A stretch of DNA of 64,000 nt from Botryllus schlosseri (taxonomy: Eukaryota), in contig CM119376.1 of NCBI GenBank assembly GCA_051294905.1, forward strand, positions 18,104,001-18,168,000, given 5' to 3'. Shown piece by piece: positions 60,601 to 64,000 of the stretch (within the stretch, counting starts at the first letter, position 1; each line of letters starts with the position of its first letter). The translations under genes were made by a program, and so were the position numbers. Below the pieces are notes generated by a model. That model saw only the letters and a list, made by a program, of their open reading frames with translations, did not search any database and was not told the DNA's origin.

Positions 60601-63600
60601 ATTTTGTTTTAATGATACAGTAAACATATGAAGTCAAGATTGACAGCTAGATTTATCACATCAGAAAGCGATATCAATCTCATTGATTGGTTGAATAAGC
60701 ATCATTCGCTGACTACAGGTACTGCATGTCGCTCGTGATGTTGTGTGATTGCGGGTCAAGCTCACAGCAGAGAGTCACTAAATATTCATAAACGGGAAGC
60801 TGGATATTTCGTGCAAACTTTTGTAACAAAGCCAGTAAAATCTTTTAGATTGTCAAGGTGCATGCTCGTTTTGTGTTGATTTTTTATGCTGCCAGCGTCA
60901 TGCATAGAGTGGCCCGCAGTTGAAATGCAATAAATTCGAACCAAAAATATCATATTGAAGTGAAAATTGTAATATATGAAAAAGGTTCACAGTGCAGAAC
61001 CTACCAAGGTTCTGTTGTGAACGCGAACCTCTAAATTTCCGAGGTTCACACACAGAACGCGAACGTGAACCTCAAGTTCACACCATCCCTACTACATACC
61101 TGTCCATTGCAGTATTCTTGGTCTCTGGTGGGTCCTGTACATCCAAAATCGCCAGCGTCGCCGTTTATGCAGGTGCGCGTACGTCCGCGGATGCCACCAC
61201 CGCAGCTGACGCTACAGGAGGTGTATTCGCTCCATTCGGACCATCGTGGACATGCCTTTGCAGAATGAATTTCTTAGTGTCGACAATTAGTGAAAATCGA
61301 AATATAAGCCCAACAAGAATTAGGATATATTGACTACGTTTTCAAACAAGCGCCACTGGTCCTATAGTCTCCAAGACTCCTGTAGGTAACCATCCAACAC
61401 AGTGTTTCCCAAACGTTTTACACAACATGCCCTCTGGATACCGACTAAGGTACCAATCGCTCCCTACTCAGTAACACAGACAAAACCTTATTTTGCTTAT
61501 TGCACACGCAAATTAAGCTGGTGCTCTTGGTGGTGATACAAGCACTTTAAGCTTCCTCATCTTCGTAGCACATGTATTTATAACTTTCCTCAAATGACAT
61601 CAGTTGCATAACATTGAATATCCGTGTAGAATGTTCTTTGTGACGAAATACAGCTAACAAGTCGCCAAACCAATTACTATGGTGCATGATGCCCACATTT
61701 ACTCTCGGTGCCTCCCAATCACCCAGTTTGTAGCGAGTGCACCCTTCCCGGTCGCTAAAACCCACAGGGCGCGCTGACACCGATTTCAAGACCACTGATC
61801 CAGAAAATTATTGACAGACATACAGTACAGTAGTCAAATTGGGCAAGCGTTTAACAATTTAGAAAGACAGATTTTAGTCGACCATGATAATTTCATTTCA
61901 TATTTCATTCAATCTGAATGTTCAAAACATACCTGACTGTTGCAGGAGTCTGTATTTAGGAATTGTCCTATACATCCTTCGTCGCCCGCCACACCGTTGA
62001 CACACTCTCTGGACCTGGTGTATTGTCCGCCACCGCAAGAGCGGGAGCACGAAGACCACTGTCTCCACTGACTCCAGAAAGCACAGTCCTAGAAATAACG
62101 GCAGGATTGATGAACTGCGTCAACAAGGTATGTACTGCCATTTCCGTGTAACCAAAACATCAAATCCAAAATAAAATTCCAATCCAAAATGTGGATTGAT
62201 CAACTCGTAACACTGGGCATTGTCATCTGACTACTCAAATGCAGACCAAGCACATATTTTGATGAATCGAGTCGAGTAGAGAAATCCAACGTTTTCGAGT
62301 ATCAAAACTATACGTCCTTATTATTATATGAACGAAAATTGTTGTTGCAAAACTTTCTTGCACCTACGAGAGCCTTAAAACCTGAATATGAGGTAGCATA
62401 TCCTTTAATGCATACAAAAGGCATGGCCTACTGCCCATGTTCCTTGCAACAGCATTTCTGCACAGTATTTCCTGACCTGCATTATTGTCTGAAATCGAGT
62501 TCGTATAATATAATCAGAAAATTTGCATTATTTAATCTGTGGTAGGCATTTGGGCATTTCAAGATCCACTCACTGTCATGACGTCATAATGAATCAACCT
62601 AGAGCTTCATACTAGTCTCGTAACAGAATCATTCAGAGTTGCACAGCCTCACACACCAGTACTTTATAACAGCTACTTACACCGACAACGCAAACATCTT
62701 CTTCCATCTCCGATCCACTACAGCCGGGAGACCCAGGCTGACCGTTAGAGCATACCCTCGTACGCTCGCGGGTTCCCTGACCGCATTCGGCGCTGCAAAC
62801 ACTCCAAATCGACCATTCGGTCCACGACACGCACGGCTGAACGCAGAGACAAAACAATGAACGACAAAGCGTTTCGGGATCATCCATCACGACTCACATT
62901 GCTCGAACAGCTTCCGATGTCTCTGGCCAGACCCTCGCAGCCTTCCTCGCCTGCGTAGCCACCCTGGCAGAATCTCTCTCTCAGGCGAATGCCTCCGCCA
63001 CAAGACAGGCTGCACCGTCCCCAGTCGCTCCACTGTGTCCACGACGGACACGCCTGCATTCCCGGGTAATTGGACATATTAGAATGCGCGTAAGTAATTT
63101 TTTAAGTTCACCTAGTGTTGGTCGGTAACAAAATACTTCTACTTTAGAGTTCCTTTCCACTCCTTCAGAGTTTCTTCTACTCGTTCAGGGTTATTTTCAG
63201 AGTATTTTAGACCACTCAGGTTGGATTTGTGCACTTGCACAACCTATTCCAGTGGTTATAATATTAGACTACTTGCAAATCTATTTCCCAATTTTCGTTT
63301 TTTTTAGACAAGTTACGCCTAGAATACTTACTTTTTAGCATGTTTACTCGAAGAGATAAAAGAGAGGTCCTAGGCCTATATTTCAAGTATCGGTCCTGAT
63401 ACATGAGAGTCGAATAAAGTCATATAGAATGTCTCAAATCATATGCCCTGGTCAAGTTAAGTGCAATGACTCGAGTACAGGTCGAGTCAACGCACAAATT
63501 GGCTCAAATCGAGTCGAGACTCGGGTCATTACAACCCTGGTACCAACTGTGACAACTTTGACCACCGCTGAACACATACCTGAATGTTACAACGTCTGGA

Positions 63601-63954
63601 CAAAACGCCTTCTCCCGTACATGTGGCCCGTCCCCCTTCCGGCGTGATGCACCGTCTTGTTTTCTGTTGAAGTCCACCGCCGCAACGTACCGAGCAGTCT
63701 TCGTACGGTCCCCACGAGGACCAGTAAGAGCAGGCCTAATCATTGGTAGCAAAATGTTAAACAGAAATCTGTATGGCAGATGCTCGATGGATTCCTACCA
63801 AACTATTACAAAATTCGTCCTCCCTAGTATCGCCCTCGCATCCGGACACGCCAGGCACTCCAGCAAGACACGTACGCTGTCGGCTTCGAAGACCGCCACC
63901 GCATGATACGGTGCAGTCGGACCATGCTGACCAGAAGTCCCATCCTGGACACGG
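15651..63954 (-). CDS. Gene B: giant TSP1(TSR)x>=77 - Sushi/CCP - VWA - VWA extracellular protein, 5' end beyond window, >=4479 aa
   Basis: 79 hand-assembled exons totalling 13440 nt (4480 codons incl. TGA at 15651-15653). C-terminal exons: 22453-22647 (CCP), 21396-21532, 21111-21327, 19294-19505, 18497-18655, 18355-18436, 15957-16094, 15651-15886; plus 71 TSR exons listed separately. All have AG/GT boundaries and no in-frame stops. Confidence 0.9.
16435..17713. mobile_element. hAT non-autonomous element, CAGAGGTGGTCA family (AGTAGAAGTAG/TACTTGAGTA-rich)
   Basis: Perfect 12-bp TIR cagaggtggtca / tgaccacctctg and perfect TSD tttgcgaa (16427-16434, 17714-17721). Confidence 0.9.
19294..21532 (-). 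CDS. Gene B VWA domain 1 (exons 21396-21532, 21111-21327, 19294-19505)
   Basis: [18 protein letters not shown] / [44 protein letters not shown] / [17 protein letters not shown]. Confidence 0.92.
20101..20940. mobile_element. hAT (Buster/Charlie-type) MITE
   Basis: TIRs cagtggctctcaacc / ggttgagaaccactg; perfect TSD ctataata; subterminal cgcggaccccc. Confidence 0.9.
21920..22308. mobile_element. Degenerate hAT (Buster/Charlie-type) MITE
   Basis: Left cagtggttccctacc, right gttgggaaccattt; TSD ctctagtg / ctcaagcg (6/8). Confidence 0.6.
22453..22647 (-). CDS. Gene B Sushi/CCP exon (phase 1-1)
   Basis: [64 protein letters not shown]; cag acceptor, gtatgc donor. Confidence 0.88.
22712..38143 (-). 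CDS. Gene B TSR exons, C-terminal part (23 exons, 25 TSRs)
   Basis: 22712-22886, 23540-23851(x2), 24619-24777, 26340-26495, 26760-26915, 26983-27141, 28049-28204, 28265-28429, 29252-29407, 29462-29617, 29967-30122, 31336-31491, 31715-31870, 32790-33104(x2), 34286-34441, 35202-35363, 35609-35764, 35823-35978, 36621-36773, 36828-36998, 37539-37694, 37763-37918, 37988-38143. Each translates as xCxxWxxWxxWxxCSxTCGGG..RxRxC..G..GC.G.....C. Confidence 0.92.
25187..26037. mobile_element. hAT MITE (TAGGGCG ends) nested in a CAGAGG-family copy
   Basis: TIR tagggcgttttttttt / aaaaaaaaacgcccta; perfect TSD ctgatgac; subterminal ttttgac repeats at both ends. Confidence 0.9.
27700..27987 (-). mobile_element. 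tRNA-derived SINE, 5' end eroded
   Basis: The minus strand reads ggtagagcgtccgacttctaggtcggtaggtccttggttcaatcccc (A-box remnant 27973-27981, B-box 27936-27946), then cagaccaaagac...ggtactattgcttcccgcatggcactcagcatt. The 3' boundary is uncertain. Confidence 0.75.
30141..30177. repeat. (TTCA)n microsatellite
   Basis: About 8 consecutive ttca units just upstream of the acceptor of exon 29967-30122. Confidence 0.95.
30445..30699. mobile_element. Short hAT (Buster/Charlie-type) MITE related to 7629-9799
   Basis: caggtatctcaaactcaaat...gcggccgcgtgtttgagacccctg; internal aaaatcacattttc.aatatttgaataaa shared with ~7825-7855; TSD eroded. Confidence 0.7.
36192..36273. repeat. Perfect 2 x 41-bp tandem duplication
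   Basis: gtcataattaccacgtgaattagccatcacagtaactgctg repeated exactly at 36192-36232 and 36233-36273. Confidence 0.95.
38785..51401 (-). CDS. Gene B TSR exons, middle part (27 exons, 29 TSRs)
   Basis: 38785-38940, 39006-39161, 39759-39914, 39975-40286(x2), 40846-41001, 41063-41221, 41694-41855, 42059-42214, 42771-42926, 43322-43474, 43532-43687, 43752-43907, 44443-44601, 45111-45422(x2), 45490-45645, 46483-46629, 47071-47226, 47698-47856, 47922-48077, 48372-48527, 48594-48752, 48815-48970, 49597-49749, 49808-49963, 50022-50180, 51032-51187, 51246-51401. All phase 0-0 with the TSR signature. Confidence 0.92.
45697..46466. mobile_element. hAT-like element with TAGGGTTGGGCA ends
   Basis: tagggttgggca (45697) / tgcccaacccta (46455-46466), subterminal gagtac/gtactcgactcg motifs; contains a lone cagtggttcccaaact end at 45812; the flanks do not form a TSD. 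Confidence 0.6.
51991..63954 (-). CDS. Gene B TSR exons, N-terminal-most part in window (21 exons, 23 TSRs)
   Basis: 51991-52146, 52202-52360, 52919-53074, 53133-53288, 54033-54191, 54258-54413, 55182-55337, 55587-55742, 55803-55958, 56806-56961, 57018-57173, 57774-58082(x2), 58715-58867, 59209-59511(x2), 59571-59726, 61100-61255, 61933-62088, 62681-62836, 62898-63053, 63580-63735, 63799-63954. The last exon has an upstream acceptor (ttttcag), so the gene continues past the window. Confidence 0.92.
55421..55568. repeat. Short repeat with degenerate (CCTAAC)n core, possibly Helentron/HINE-like
   Basis: cctaaataacccaaactcctatcctaaccataacttaagcctaaatctaaccctag flanked by agtcgcatg / agtcatatgctcc motifs; an inverted relative lies at ~37070-37200 (ggttaaagttagggttagattt). 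The family assignment is inference. Confidence 0.35.
60109..61091. mobile_element. hAT MITE (TAGGGATG ends) inserted at a 5' splice site
   Basis: Perfect 16-bp TIR tagggatggtgtgaac / gttcacaccatcccta; perfect TSD ctacatac (60101-60108, 61092-61099); subterminal gaacgcgaac repeats. Confidence 0.93.
61400..61797. mobile_element. Degenerate hAT MITE
   Basis: cagtgtttcccaaac left end, caagaccactg right end; TSD atccaaca / atccagaa (6/8). Confidence 0.55.
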
Positions 63955-64000
63955 CTGAAAAGTAGTAAAGTCGCAAGTCCATTAGTTATTGGAACAGTAA

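Larger units (their letters stand above)
4250..63570. repeat. Dispersed copies/fragments of the CAGAGGTGG (agtagaagtag / tacttgagta) MITE family
   Basis: Shared motifs or termini at about 4260-4570, 6640-7060, 11190-11530, 13420-13586, 16150-16430, 23030-23412, 24832-26323, 27460-27600, 28494-28990, 31930-32650, 36020-36573, 39246-39730, 47300-47540, 53420-53970 and 63113-63570. Boundaries are approximate. Confidence 0.7.

Noticed and set aside
22712-63954. CRISPR-like or prokaryotic repeat array
   Set aside because: The periodicity is at protein level, units are flanked by GT-AG splice sites, and no identical direct repeats with spacers exist.
15651-63954. Naming gene B as SCO-spondin, hemicentin, properdin, semaphorin-5 or ADAMTS
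   Set aside because: No LDLa/VWD, Ig, Sema or metalloprotease domains are seen; the architecture matches none, so no gene symbol was assigned.
73-63958. Most ORF-track entries as independent genes (e.g. 20992-21540, 23521-24018, 11565-12095, 43138-43764)
   Set aside because: They are antisense or off-frame shadows of GC-rich TSR/VWA exons, or exon plus intron read-through; the real reading frames are the spliced models.

Overview
Animal genomic DNA with AT-rich GT-AG introns, many only 54-70 nt long; the host is probably a tunicate/ascidian (inference, not proven). Two convergent (tail-to-tail) paralogous genes fill almost the whole window. Both encode apparently extracellular proteins with the architecture [TSP1/TSR repeats]n - Sushi/CCP - VWA - VWA - stop, with no C-terminal membrane anchor. 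Gene A (+ strand, 3571-15112, 5' end not found) shows 13 exons, 6 TSRs and >=770 aa. Gene B (- strand, 15651 to beyond 63954, runs off the window) shows 79 exons. Of these, 71 are TSR exons encoding at least 77 tandem TSRs (>=4479 aa in the window), and 70 are symmetric phase-0 modules, 46 of them exactly 156 bp. The exons were assembled by hand from splice sites and reading frame; both models close in frame to a stop codon. Introns are crowded with non-autonomous hAT-type DNA transposons (several with perfect 8-bp TSDs, some nested), one tRNA-derived SINE and smaller repeats. The most notable system is the giant modular TSR-array gene and its inverted paralog.
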